Source: Mobula hypostoma (taxonomy: Eukaryota). From it: 64,000 nt of DNA. The first letter of the stretch is position 1. Every line of letters starts with the position of its first letter. The notes beneath the pieces are model-generated. The model was not told the origin of the DNA. It searched no databases and saw nothing but the letters and a program-made list of their open reading frames with translations. Of this stretch, positions 1 through 11,534 are shown one piece after another. The DNA lies in assembly GCF_963921235.1 (NCBI RefSeq), contig NC_086097.1, positions 28,150,001 through 28,214,000 on the forward strand, read 5' to 3'. The translations under genes were made by a program, and so were the position numbers.

Positions 1-1055
1 TGGCTAACTGTCAGGAGGAAAAGGGTGGGAATAATGTGAGCCTTTTCTGGTTGGCTGCCAGTGGCTAGTGGTGTTCCACAGTGGTCTGCGTTGGGACCAA
101 TTCTTTTTATGTCATATGTTAATGATTTGGATGATGAAATTGAGGGCTTTGTTGCAAAGTTTACAGACAATACGAAGATAGGTGGATGGACAGGTAGTTT
201 TGAGGAAGTAGAGAGACTACAGAAGTACTTATACAGATTAGGAGAGTGGGTAAAGAAATGCTAGATGGAAATACAGTGTCGGGAAGTATATGGTTATGCA
301 TTTTGGTAGAAGAAGTGAAAGGGTTGTCTATTTTCTGAATGGAGAGAAAGTACAAAACTCTAAGGTGCAAAGGGGCCTTGTGCAGGATTCCCTAAAGGTT
401 AATTTGCAGGTTGAGTCTGTGGTGAGGAAGGAAAATACAATGCTAGCATTCATTCCAAGAGGAGTAGAATATAAAAGCAAGAACGTAATGTTGAACCTTT
501 TTAAAGCACTGGTGAAGCCTCACTTGTGTGCAGGTTTGAGCCCTTTATCTTAGAAAGGATGTGCTGAAACTGGAGAAGGTTTAGAGGAGGTTTTCTGAAA
601 ATGTTTCCAGGATTGAACGACTTGTCATATGAAGAGCGTTTGATGGCTCTTGGGCCTGTGTTCACTAGAATTCAGAGGAATGAGGGGTGACCTCATTGAA
701 AACTATCGCATGGTGAAAGGCCTTGACAGAGTGGATGTGAAGAGGATGTTTCCTTATGGTGGGAGAGTCTAAGACCAGAGGATACAGCTTCAGAATAGAG
801 AACTGTTTTTTAGAACACAGATGAGGAGGAATTTCTTGAGCCAGGGAGAGGTGAATCTGTGGAATTTGTTGCCACAGGCCAAGTCTGTATGTAAATTTAA
901 GGCACTGGTTGATAGATTCTTGATTGGTCAGGGCATGAAGGGATACAGGGAGAAGGCAGGATATTGGGGCTGAGAGGGAAATTGGATCAGCCATGATGAA
1001 ATGGCAGAGCAGACTCAATGGGCCAAATGGCCTAATTCTGCCCCTATATTTTATG
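1..1055 (+). mobile_element. CR1 LINE 3' fragment, degenerate
   Basis: SGVPQ.S.LGP.LF..Y.ND, KF(A)D(D)TK, LVKPHL and RGDLIE.Y motifs across frameshifts, followed by a CR1-type 3' UTR. Confidence 0.85.
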
Positions 1056-1391
1056 GACACTTGTGGAATGTCCTAACAGATATTCAGACTGTGTTGGACG
1101 TTGACACAAATTACTCCCTTCACTGTATGCTTTGAAATACATGTGACAGATAAAGCTTATCTTTATCCTTCTATTTCATATGTAAAGGACTAGAAAGGTG
1201 GCCAAAACACAATAACCTGCATTTACAGCAAAACAAAAACAAACTGCTCAGTGGGTCACAAAGCAACTGTGGAGGCAGAGTCATGGTCGGTATTTTGGAC
1301 CAAGATCCTATAATGAGCATGAGTTGCCGTACCAGACCATGATGCAGTCAAGATACTTCAATCTGTAGAAATTCATTAGAGCATCTGATGC

Positions 1392-2737
1392 TGTCATGGT
1401 CCGGTCCGTGAAGTCCGCATTCCAATTCATGGTCCGGTCCATCGATCTGTATTCCAGGTTTTCTGGTTTTCCCTTGTCCTGTTGTATGCCTTAATTGAGG
1501 CACATGATTCTGATCTTGGGCTGGCTACATAAACAACTCCTGGGTTCAGCTTCAGTTGCTGGACTGTTCCCTTCCCTCCCCTTCACCTCACCTTCCTCAG
1601 CTCGCCTGGCCAGGCCGTAGGGCCTGGACTCGTACACAGAACACGGAGAGATGGTTCCCAACACAAGGTAGCGGCAAACTGCCGGACCTACCCGGCCCGG
1701 CCCCCTCGCACTGCTGTCAAGTTCAACTGCTGGAGCAAGATAAGGAACTGTCTATCATTGTTTTGAACTGTCTCTGTGTCCATGTCTTCACTAGGTAGGT
1801 CCAGCCGTTTGCTGCTACCTAGTATTGGGAACTGTCTCTCTGTGTCCATGCCTTCACTAGGTAGGTCCGGCCACTTGCCGCTACCTTGCGTTGGAAACTG
1901 TCTCTCTGTGTTCTGTGTACGAGTCCCGGCCCTATGTCCTGCTCCCTAGGAGGAGTCCTGACTCTGTGTAGAGCCCCGGCCCCAAGTCCTGTTCCCAAGG
2001 AGGGATCCCAGCTCTGTGTTCCATGTCCCTGTGTTCCTGTCTCTCCCAAGACCAAGGCTCTGTGTTCCATGTTCCTGTTCTGCCAAGACCAAGGCTCTGT
2101 GCTTCCTGTTCTCCCAAGACCAAGTCAAGGCTTCGGGGTCTCGTCCTGTTCTTGTGCCTCGCCCAGCCCAGGAGTACCTCGTCCTGCCCAGGAAAGCCTT
2201 GAAGAATCCAAGCTTCATCCAGTCCTGTGGCTACGTCATGTCTTCGACTAGTTCTGGAGTCTGAGCCCGAGTCAAGACCCAGGTTCTGGGTCCTTGCCCA
2301 GTCTCTGGCTCGGAGTCCATACCCAAGCCTCGAAGGAACCCAAGCCTCGTCATGTCGTCGCCTCGAGGAACCCAAGTCTCGTCATGTCATCGCCTCGAGG
2401 AACCCAAGCCATGTCTAGTCCTGTAGCCACATCATGTCCTTGCCTAGTTTCGGAGTCCGAGCCCGAGTCAAGACCCAGGTTCTGGGTCCTTGTCCAGTCT
2501 CCGACTCGGAGTCCATGCCCAGGCTCCTAGTTCCCAGTTTCTTGTCCTGGTCCCACTTGCCTAGCCCATGTCCCAGCCCAGGCCCTGCATCCTAGTCTCG
2601 TCCAGGGCCTGTGTCAATGTCCAGTGTCCTTTCCTCCCCACTTCCCTTGCTTTCTTGACACTCCGAGTCCTGTTCCTAGTACTTCAGTGTCTGTGGCTTG
2701 CATTTGGGTCTGCCACCAGCACCCCCCTCGTTTGAAA
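1392..2737 (+). mobile_element. Solo LTR (Gypsy-like) with internal tandem duplications
   Basis: Starts TGTCA, ends TGAAA (decayed TGACA). 5-bp TSD GATGC at 1387-1391 and 2738-2742. Contains repeated blocks such as AACTGTCTCTGTGTCCATG..CACTAGGTAGGTCC and GAGCCCGAGTCAAGACCCAGGTTCTGGGTCC. Orientation tentative. Confidence 0.7.
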
Positions 2738-3559
2738 GATGCCATGCTGAAGGACCAGGCCAGAGATGATATAGTCTTAGCATGTCACTTTTGACCCTCA
2801 CCAATTGTTATCGATGCAACATGGAAAGCATCCTGTTCGCATCCTTCATGGCTTCATATGGCAAGTGCTCTGACGCGACAAGAAACTAAACAAAGCAAGT
2901 TCAAAGACATTGTGGGTTAGTAGGTTAACTGGTCACGTGGGTGTAATTGGGAAGCATGGGCTCATTGAGCCAGAAGGGCCTGTTACCGGCTCTAAATAGA
3001 TAAAATAAAATTGATACTTCTACCCCACTTTTATAAGATATTGAATAATCCCCTAGTACGATAAGATGGACTCTTAACATCACAGTTTACTTCGTTGTGA
3101 CCTTGCGACTAATTAGTTAATACAAGCGGGCATAATTTTAAGGTGATTGGAAGAAGCTATAGCAGGGATGACAGAGGTAAGTTTTTTTACACAGAGAGTT
3201 GTGGGGGTGTGGAATGATTTGCCCAGGACAGTGGTAGAGGCAGATATATTTGGGACATTTAAGGAACTCTTACACATATGGATGATAGAAATATGGAGGG
3301 TTTAATGTGGGATAGAAGGGTGAGAGTGATTTAGAGCTGGTTGAAAGGTCAACACAACATTATGGCTTGTACTATGTGTACTGCACTGTACTTTTCTGGA
3401 GCTGTTGCACTTTGTTATCGTTCTTAGCTTGCACTACCTCAATGCACTGTGTAATAAATTGATCTGAATGGACAAAATGCAAGACAGATTTTTCACTGAA
3501 CCTTGGTGCATGGGACAATAATAAACCAATTTAATTTAAGCACTGCTTAAACAGGATCC

Positions 3560-3710
3560 GATCCAACTGAGAACACAGGTGACGGTGTCCTGGATGAAAT
3601 CCAATTAATAGTGGTAGATCCTGGCAAATCTGCCAGCAGTATATTGCAGCCATCAAGTCCAGAAGCAGCGAAGGTAGACATGAGGATTTCAGTTGCAGTC
3701 GAGCTGAGCC
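3560..3710 (-). mobile_element. Old L2-like LINE RT C-terminal relic
   Basis: SGLDGCNILLADLP resembles the L2 motif SRLDYCNSLLAGLP. Confidence 0.5.
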
Positions 3711-3804
3711 AGAAGCAGAGTTGAAGACAGAAAAGGTACCAGAGAATCACACAAAAATATCAGAAACAGAGTTAACATTAGAGGTTTATGACCCTTCTTC
3801 AAGG

Positions 3805-4305
3805 ACCTTAAGACTTAGGAGCAACGTGAGGCCATTTTAGCCCGTTGAATCTGTTCCACCATTTCATTATGGCTGATTTATTATTCCTTTCAATCCCATT
3901 CTGCTACCTTCTCCCTGTAACCTTAGGTGACCTTACTAATCAAGAACCTATCAACCTCTGTTTTAAATATACCCAGTGACCTGGCCACCACAGCCAGCCA
4001 TGGCAATCAATTCCACAGATTCACCACCCTCTGGTTAAAGAAATTCCTCCTCATCTGTTCTAAAGAGACATCCTTCTAATCTGAGTTTGTGTCTTCCGGT
4101 CCTAGACTCCTCCAGTATAGGAAACATCCTCTCCATGTCCACTCTATCGAGTCCTTTCAATTTACAAAAGGTTCCAATTAGATCCCCCTCATTCTTCTAA
4201 ACTCCACGATCATCAAATGCTCCTGATTCGTTAACTCTTTCATTCCCAGGATCATTCTCTTGAATTCTGTGGACCCTTTCCAATGTTGGCGCTTTGATAA
4301 GTGAT
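3805..4305 (-). mobile_element. CR1 3' fragment
   Basis: Reverse complement of the CR1 3' end seen at 670-1050. Confidence 0.8.
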
Positions 4306-4309
4306 CCAA

Positions 4310-6050
4310 AGAGCTTACTATTGACTACAGGAGGAGGAAACCGAAGTCCATGAGCCAGTCCTGATCAAGGGATCAGAGGTGGAGAGGGTCAGCAACATTA
4401 AATTCCTCAGTGTTATCATTTCAGAGGATCTGTCCTGGGTCCAGCCTTCTTTGTAAATGCCATCACAAAGAAGGCCCAACAGCACCTGTATTTGTTTTTT
4501 CAGAAGTTTGTGAAGCTTCGCATGTCATCTAAAACTTTGATGGACTTTTATAGATGCACGGTGGTGAGTATACTGACTGGTTGTGTCACAGTCTGGTATT
4601 GAAACACCAATGATCTTGAACAGAAAAGCCTATAAAAAGCAGTAAATACAGCCCAGTCCATCGTGCATAAAACTGTTCCCGCTCATATCTGTAAGGAGCA
4701 TTGTTGCAGAAAAGCAGCATCCATCATCAAGGCCATGTTCTCTTCTCACTGCTGCCATCAGAAAAGTGGTACAGGAGCCTCAGGACGCACACCAACAGGT
4801 TCAGGAATAGTTATTACCCCTCAGCCATCAGACTGGTGAACCAGAGGGAATAATTTTACTCATGTTACATGCTCAGGGAGATGTGTTTTTTTTGTGTGAG
4901 AGTGATGTAATGGTCTTTTGGAGGTCACCTGATGTGATATTCCCGCCGATGTGAGGTCACGTGATGGCATGTGACCCATGACTCTATAAGGGTCGACCCA
5001 GGTGATGCAGTGGGTTTTTTTTTAGTTTGTAGATTTCCAGGTAGAACGTGCTGTATCTCCGTTTCTGTTGCGTGTTTGTTTTTGGTGACGCAGTTTCATT
5101 TTTAAAACGGTTGTGCGTTCTGTTGCAAGATACCATTATTATTTGGACTGGAAATTTTTGCCAGATGTGTTGACTTACCCAATTCCAACATTAGAAGGGA
5201 GAGTGAAGAAGTTATCGAAGTACAGGATCGAGGGATCGCGAGGAGTCGGCATCAGATGGCAGTTTAATAAAGGATCGACCTTATTGAGTTTTCGTTGGAG
5301 TAGCAACCTGCATCGGAGATAAGTCTTGCCAAACAGAGCAAGGAGTTCATGCAAAAAGGTGCTCTCTCTCTCTTAAAAGGAATTTAAGGTCAGTTGATTT
5401 AAACTGTTTACTTTCGGCATCATGAATCCTGTGGACAAAACCAGCAGTAAAGTTGCGTCTGTGAAGAAATCCTTCTCCAGAGAAGTCTCTCCCAATTGAA
5501 CGTGTAAATCTGTTAGACTTTTGAAGTTATCGCTTTAAGAACTATATCTGACTGTATCGCTTTAAGAACTGTTTTCGCATTTAACGCTTTAAGAACCAGA
5601 GCCGAGTGACGAGTTGGTGAACGGCTGCATATCTGTTAACTTCCAGTTAAAGTCTTCGTTTGTTTTTTTCCTTATTGTTTATCTGTGTTTAATAAATGTT
5701 TGGTTGTTTTTATATAACCTGTCTCGATTGATATTCATTGTTGCCGGTTACGTAACACTCAATTCACTCACCAATACACTGAACTAACTGTTCCCACAAC
5801 TCACTTTCAAGGACTCTTCATCTCATGTTCTCAATATTTAATGCATATTTATTTATTAATAGTATTTTGTTTTTCTTTTTGCACAGTCTGTTGTATTTTG
5901 TGCGTTATTTGTTCGTCTTGTGTTCAGATTTTCATTGTTTCTATTGTATTTCTTTGTATTTACTGTTAATGCCTGCAAGAAAATGAATTCCAGGTTAGTA
6001 TATGGTGACATAAATGTATTTTAATAATATATTTACTTTTAAACTTTGAA
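4310..6050 (+). mobile_element. Rex/Babar-type LINE 3' fragment, interrupted by a solo LTR
   Basis: Matches the VERVS..KFL..ISEDLSW region of ORF 10283-10921 and ends in a ...TTTACTTT.AACTTTGA tail. Confidence 0.75.
4863..5757 (+). mobile_element. Solo LTR of the Gmr1-like Gypsy family
   Basis: TGTTAC...GTAACA inverted termini and 4-bp TSD CTCA (4859-62, 5758-61). TATA-like CTATAAG at ~4984 and AATAAA at 5691. The 3' part closely resembles the reverse complement of LTR 27200-28069. Confidence 0.88.
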
Positions 6051-7164
6051 CAAAACTGCTCACAATAATCCAAGTGTGGTCTGACCAATACAACATGGGC
6101 ACATCCCTCCCCACCCCTTGTAATACCAACCAGAAGTAAAAACAGGAGATAAATATCTACAGGAGGTAAATTCTACAAAAAGGCAACATCCATTATCATA
6201 AACAGCCCCCCCCCCCCCTATCCAGCGCATGCTGTCTTCTCACAGCTACCATCAAGCAGGAGGTAAAGATGGAAGTCCCATACCACCAGGTTCAAGAATA
6301 GTCACTTCCCTTCAACCATTGGGTTCTTGGCACAACCCTAATCACATACTATGTATAGCAACATGATGATCACTTTTCAAGGCAACAAATTTTGCTTTTG
6401 GTTCTAATTGTGTTATTTCTCACAAAGATTATGTATAACTTGTGTTTAAGTTGTGTTTTTCTCATTAATTTTATGCCTCTGATGCTCTGTGTCTGTGTAA
6501 TGCTGCTGCAAGTAAGTTTTTCATGTATTTAGGCACCAGTGCATACATGTGCTTGTGCATAGGACAACAAACTCAACTTTGACAAAGGTATCTGCTATGG
6601 ATGCAGTAGTGCTATACAATTCAACCTTATTTACGTCTCTGTTTTCTTTTACATATTTACAGAGTTCCTTTCTGTTATCTAAACTTTGACTTTTCTGGAA
6701 TTTATCTCTGTTTATGATTCGGAGGTCTTCTAGATCAACAAATAGTGCAAGCCACCCCAAACTTTCAGCTGGGATAATTACTCACAGGGAAGCCTCTTTA
6801 AAGTGACTAACAGATGTGAACCTTTAGTCAAAGAGGATCAGCAGACTTCACGATGGGGCTGTTTAGCTGTGGCCAAGCAGAATGTGGGGGTGGTCTCCCT
6901 GGCTGCCTGCCTCTCTTCCGTACTAGTCTTTGGTGGTCCTGGCAGAGGAGTCTGAAGAGTTCCTGTTTGTATGTGGCCTCCTCTCACCAGCTGTCATCAC
7001 CAAGTGCAGAACTTTTATTTACACTGGACACTTGCCACAATGGCAATCTGCCACTCAGCTCATGGTATCCAGCATACAACACAGAAGAAGGCCATTAAGC
7101 CCAACCTGTCTGTGCTAGCTCTTTTGTTGGTGATTTCCCTTTAGACACTTTCTATCTGAACATG

Positions 7165-7690
7165 AAACACTAAAGCACACTTTAGGTAATTCAGCCCATG
7201 ATGCTGTGGGATCTTTTGACCTACTCTTAAGATCAATCTAACCCATCCCTTCTACATAGCTCTCCATTTTTCCATCACCCATCTGCCTGTCTAAGAGTTT
7301 CTTAAATTCTTCCAATGTATCTGCCTCCAGCAATGTTTTCCTTGCACCCACCACTCCTGTGTAAAAACCTTACCTTTGACTTCCCCCCCCCCATACTTTC
7401 CTCCAATCACCTTAAATTTTTGCCCCCTTGTATTAGCCATCTCAGCCCTGGAAAAAGGAATCTGGGTATTCACTCGATCTATGTCTCTTATCAACTTGTA
7501 CACCTCTATCTAGTCACCTCTCATCCTCCTTCACTTCAGAGAGAAAAGCCCTAGCTCGTTCAACCTGTCCTCATAAGACATGCTGTCTAATCCAGGCAGC
7601 ACCCTGGTAAATCTCCTTTGCACCCTTTTTAAAGCGTCCACATTTTTCCTATAATGAGGCAACCAAAACTGAACACAGTACTCCAAGTGC
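7165..7690 (-). mobile_element. CR1 3' fragment
   Basis: HLEYCVQFWLPHYRK...RVQRRFTR...SYEDRL.ELGLFSL. Confidence 0.85.
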
Positions 7691-8384
7691 CTGTTTGCTG
7701 TGTAGACCCCTAAATTATCCAATTCCCTTTTGGAAGTTGCTGCAGAATGAGTTCTTACCACTCTTTCCGGTAGTGCATAAAAATAACCAGACTGAAGTCG
7801 TTGGTTAACACATAGTGAGTTTCTCAATGACTCAGCTGTAGTTTTAGATGTATATAAAGCTGAAACAGGGCCACCAGAAAGGAAACCCTTGCAGTCATTA
7901 AAGCATCTCAGGCCACTGTTAATCAAGCTTCGTCCTGATGCATCTGTGAGCATCCCCCTGCGGGCTTACTGCATGGTAGCAGAATGACCTGAATAAATAT
8001 ACACGTCATTGGGCATACTTAAAGCAGAGGTTGATTGGTTCTTGATTAGTAAGGGTGTCAAAGGCAGGAGAATGCGGCTGAGAGGGGTAATAAATCAGTC
8101 ATGATGGAATAGTGGAGCAGACTCGATAGGCCAAATGGTCCTAGTTCTGCTCCTGTGATTATGGCCTTGACAGTGAACCCACTGAAACAGTAGTTCGATG
8201 GCCTCAGTGGCCCAGGGATCCAGGTTCAATTCTCCCCTTGCATGCTACCTGTGTGGAGGTTCAGGTGCTCCCCGACATTACATGGCTTCCCACCCCCTGG
8301 GTCCTCAAATTCCCAAAGACATGCTGATGCATAAAACATGGGACAGTGCTGCATGGGAACAGGCCCTCCAGCTCACATTGTTGT

Positions 8385-9250
8385 CAAAATCACAATGACT
8401 TTATTATCAACGTTCCTGTATGTCTCCATATACAACCCTGAGATTTATTTTCTTGTGGGCGTACTCAATAAATCCATAAGTGTAGCAGAATCAATGAAAG
8501 ACCACACCAGCTTGGGCATTCAACCTGTGTAAAAGACACAAACAAACTGCCTATAGAAAGGGAAATAATTAATAATAATAATAAATAAATTAGCAATAAA
8601 TAGCAAGAATTGAGATGAAGAGTCCTTGAAAGTGAGTCCATAGGTTGTGGAATGATAGGGCTAGTGAAGTTAGATTCAAGAGCCTGATGGCCGAGTGGTA
8701 ATAACTGTTCCTGAATCTGGGGGTGTGAGTCCTGAGGCTCCTGTACCTTCTTCCTGATGGCAGCAGTGAGAAGAGAGCATGTCCTAGGTGGTGGGGGTCT
8801 CTGATGATGGACGTTGTTTTCCAGAGACATTATTTTGTGTAGATTTGCTCAATGGTGGGAGGGCTTTCCCATGATTGACTGGCAGTATCCATTACTTTTT
8901 GTAGGATTTTCCTTTCAAGGGTGTTTCTACACTAGGGTGTGATGCAGCCAGTCAATATACTCTCCACTACACTTCTATAGAAGTTTGTTAAAGTTTTAGA
9001 TGTCATGCTGAATCTTCATAAACTCCCAAGGACGTAGAAGCACTGCCATGCTTTCTTCATAATTGCACTTACATGCTGGGCACAGGACGGGTTCTCAAAA
9101 ATAATAACACTGAGGAATTTAAAATTGCTGACCCTCTCCACCTCTGATTCTCCAAAGAGGACTGGCTCATGGACCTGTGGTTTCCTCCTCCTGAAGTCAA
9201 TAATCAGTCCCTTGCTGTTGCTGACATTGAGTGAGAGGTTGTTGTTATGG
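8385..9250 (-). mobile_element. Rex/Babar-type LINE 3' fragment
   Basis: Reverse complement of the Rex-like RT end and 3' UTR seen at 4310-6050 and 10255-11060. Confidence 0.75.
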
Positions 9251-9502
9251 TTGTGCTGAACTAATTAGAGTCATGGAGCACTACGTCACAGAAATAGGCC
9301 ATCTGGCCCATCCAGTCCCTGCCAAACTTATCTTGTCTGGTCCCGCACCTAGACCGTAGCCCTCCATGTAGTTATCTAAACTTCTCTTCAATGTTGCAAT
9401 TAAACTAGTAAATGCCTAACAGAACTAATCCATTCTCCATACCCAATATCCATATTCCTCCATTCTCTGCATATTCATGTGCCTATTTATGACCTTCTAA
9501 AA

Positions 9503-9845
9503 CAGTTGTCCCCAACCTCCAGGCCGCGGACCGATACATTGCCGCGAAGAGTGCAGCGGTAGTTGGACCATACCCAGCACATCTTTAAGAAAAAAAGCTG
9601 AAATAAACAAGCTAATTAATTAGGTGCCACCCGGCACGTAAATGTCGGCCCAGATCAGAGGCAACGCAATCGGCAATCGCCTCTGATCTGGGCCGACATT
9701 TACATGCCGGGTGGCACCTAATTAATTAGCTTGTTTATTTTGGCTTTTTTCTTAAAGATGTGCTGGGTTCGTTCTGGCTACTGCTGTACCACTGCATTCT
9801 CCACGGCAATGTATCGGTCCACCGCCCGGAGGTTGGGGACCACCG
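9503..9845. mobile_element. Palindromic hAT (Charlie-like) MITE
   Basis: Near-whole-length inverted repeat centred at ~9670. Termini CAGTTGTCCCCAAC / GTTGGGGACCACCG and perfect 8-bp TSD TTCTAAAA (9495-9502, 9846-9853). Confidence 0.9.
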
Positions 9846-10254
9846 TTCTAAAACATTTCTGTCATATTTGGTTCCACCACCACCCCTGGCAGTGTATTCC
9901 AGGCAGCTGTAAGAAAAAACTTGCCCAGTATATCTCCTTTCAGCTTGGTTCCTCTCACTTAAATGCATGCCCTCTAGTATTAGACAGGGCAGGAAGGTGA
10001 ATTCGTTGCTGTAAATTGTCCCTATTGTGCAAATGTCCAAGTCGACGGGTGTGTAAGAAAATAGATTGTAGAGTTATGCAAGAAATGGACTGATGGTATT
10101 ACCCTATCTATAGCCACAGGGACTTAAGATTCAAATTCAGGTTCAGGTTTATTTATTTATCACATGTACATTGAAGTATACAGTGAAATGACTATAGCTC
10201 AGCATGTAACACCATCAGTACTGATCGAAAAGCTACAGAACCTGGGCCTCTGAC

Positions 10255-11060
10255 GATCAACATTGGCACACCTCAGGGACGTGTGTTGAGCCCACTGCTC
10301 TACTCTCTCTATAGCCATGACTGTGTGGCTAGATACCGCTCTAATGGAGAGGAGAGGGCATACAGGAGCAAGATGTACCAGCTAGTTGAGTGGTGTAGCA
10401 GCAACAACGTTACCCTCAAGGTCAATAAGACGAAAGAGATGATTGTGTACTTCAGAAAAAGGAAGACGAGGGAACACGAACCAATCCTGATGGAGGGATC
10501 AGAAGTGGAGAGAGTGAGCAATTTCAAGTTCCTGGGTGTCAAAATCTCTGAGGATCTAACCTGGTCCCAACATATCGATGCAGCTATAAAGGAGGCAAGA
10601 CAGCATTTATATATTATTAGGAATTTGAGAACACTTGGTTTGTCACCTAAAACACTCAAAAACTTCTACTGCTGTACCATGGAGAGCATTCTGGTAGGCT
10701 ACATCACCATCTGGTATGGGAGGACCACTGCGCAGGATCAAAAGAAGCTACAGAAAGTTGTAAAATTAGTGAGCTCCATCATGGGTGCTAGCCTCTGTAG
10801 TATCCAAGATGTCTTCAAGGAGCAGTGCCTCAGAAAGATGGTGTCAATTATGAAGGACCCCATCACCCAGGACATGCCCTCTTCTCATTGGTACTGTCAG
10901 GGCAGAGGAACAGAAGCCTGAAGGCACACACTCAGCGATTCAGGACCAGCTTCTTCCCCTCTGCCATCTGATTCCTAAATGGACTTTGAACTCATGAACA
11001 CTACCTCACTTCTTAAAAATTATTTTTGTTTTTGCATTATTTTTAACTTAAGTACTTAGT
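10255..11060 (+). mobile_element. Rex/Babar-type LINE RT C-terminal fragment; 3' UTR resumes at ~13605-13712
   Basis: LSPLLYSLYSHDC, L.VNKTKEMIV.FR and VERVSNFKFLGV.ISEDLTW in ORF 10283-10921. Tail (GATTCT)n at ~13700. Confidence 0.85.
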
Positions 11061-11088
11061 GTATACACACACACACACACACAGAGAC

Positions 11089-11534
11089 AGTGATTGATAA
11101 GTTCGTGGCCTAAGGTAGAAGGAGATGAGTTATTGACTTCAAACTTTCTGCATTATCACTCAAAGAGTTGAACTGCACATGCATGTAATGAGAGCGTCTT
11201 GGAACTCCAAGTGGTCCATGGCAGGGGTGATTGATCAATTCGTGGCCTAAGGTAAAAGGAGATGAGTTATACAGCTCCCGTTACATACATGTGCAGTTTA
11301 ACTCTGGGTGAAAATCCAGAAAGTTTGAAGTTAATAACTCATCTCTTTCCAATTAAGGCCACAAACTTATCAATCACCCCTGCTGTGGACCACTTTCTGG
11401 AGGTCCAGGACGCTGACTTCTACAAAGAAGGGATCCGTATGCTCCACGACCGCTGGACTAAGTATGTAAATGTAGGAAAAATAAATGTGCTAGGTTTTCT
11501 AAAATTGACTCCTTCTCTCTTAGGCCATGAACTT
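11089..11534 (+). mobile_element. Mariner-derived non-autonomous element
   Basis: TIR GTGATTGATAAGTTCGTGGCCTAAGGTAGAAGGAG, repeated internally and inverted at 11340-11380 and 11509-11534. Carries the mariner C-terminal peptide FYKEGIRMLHDRWTKYVNV. Confidence 0.75.

Noticed and set aside
1819..2530. Cluster of overlapping ORFs
   Set aside because: They lie within the repetitive solo LTR and show no domain signatures.
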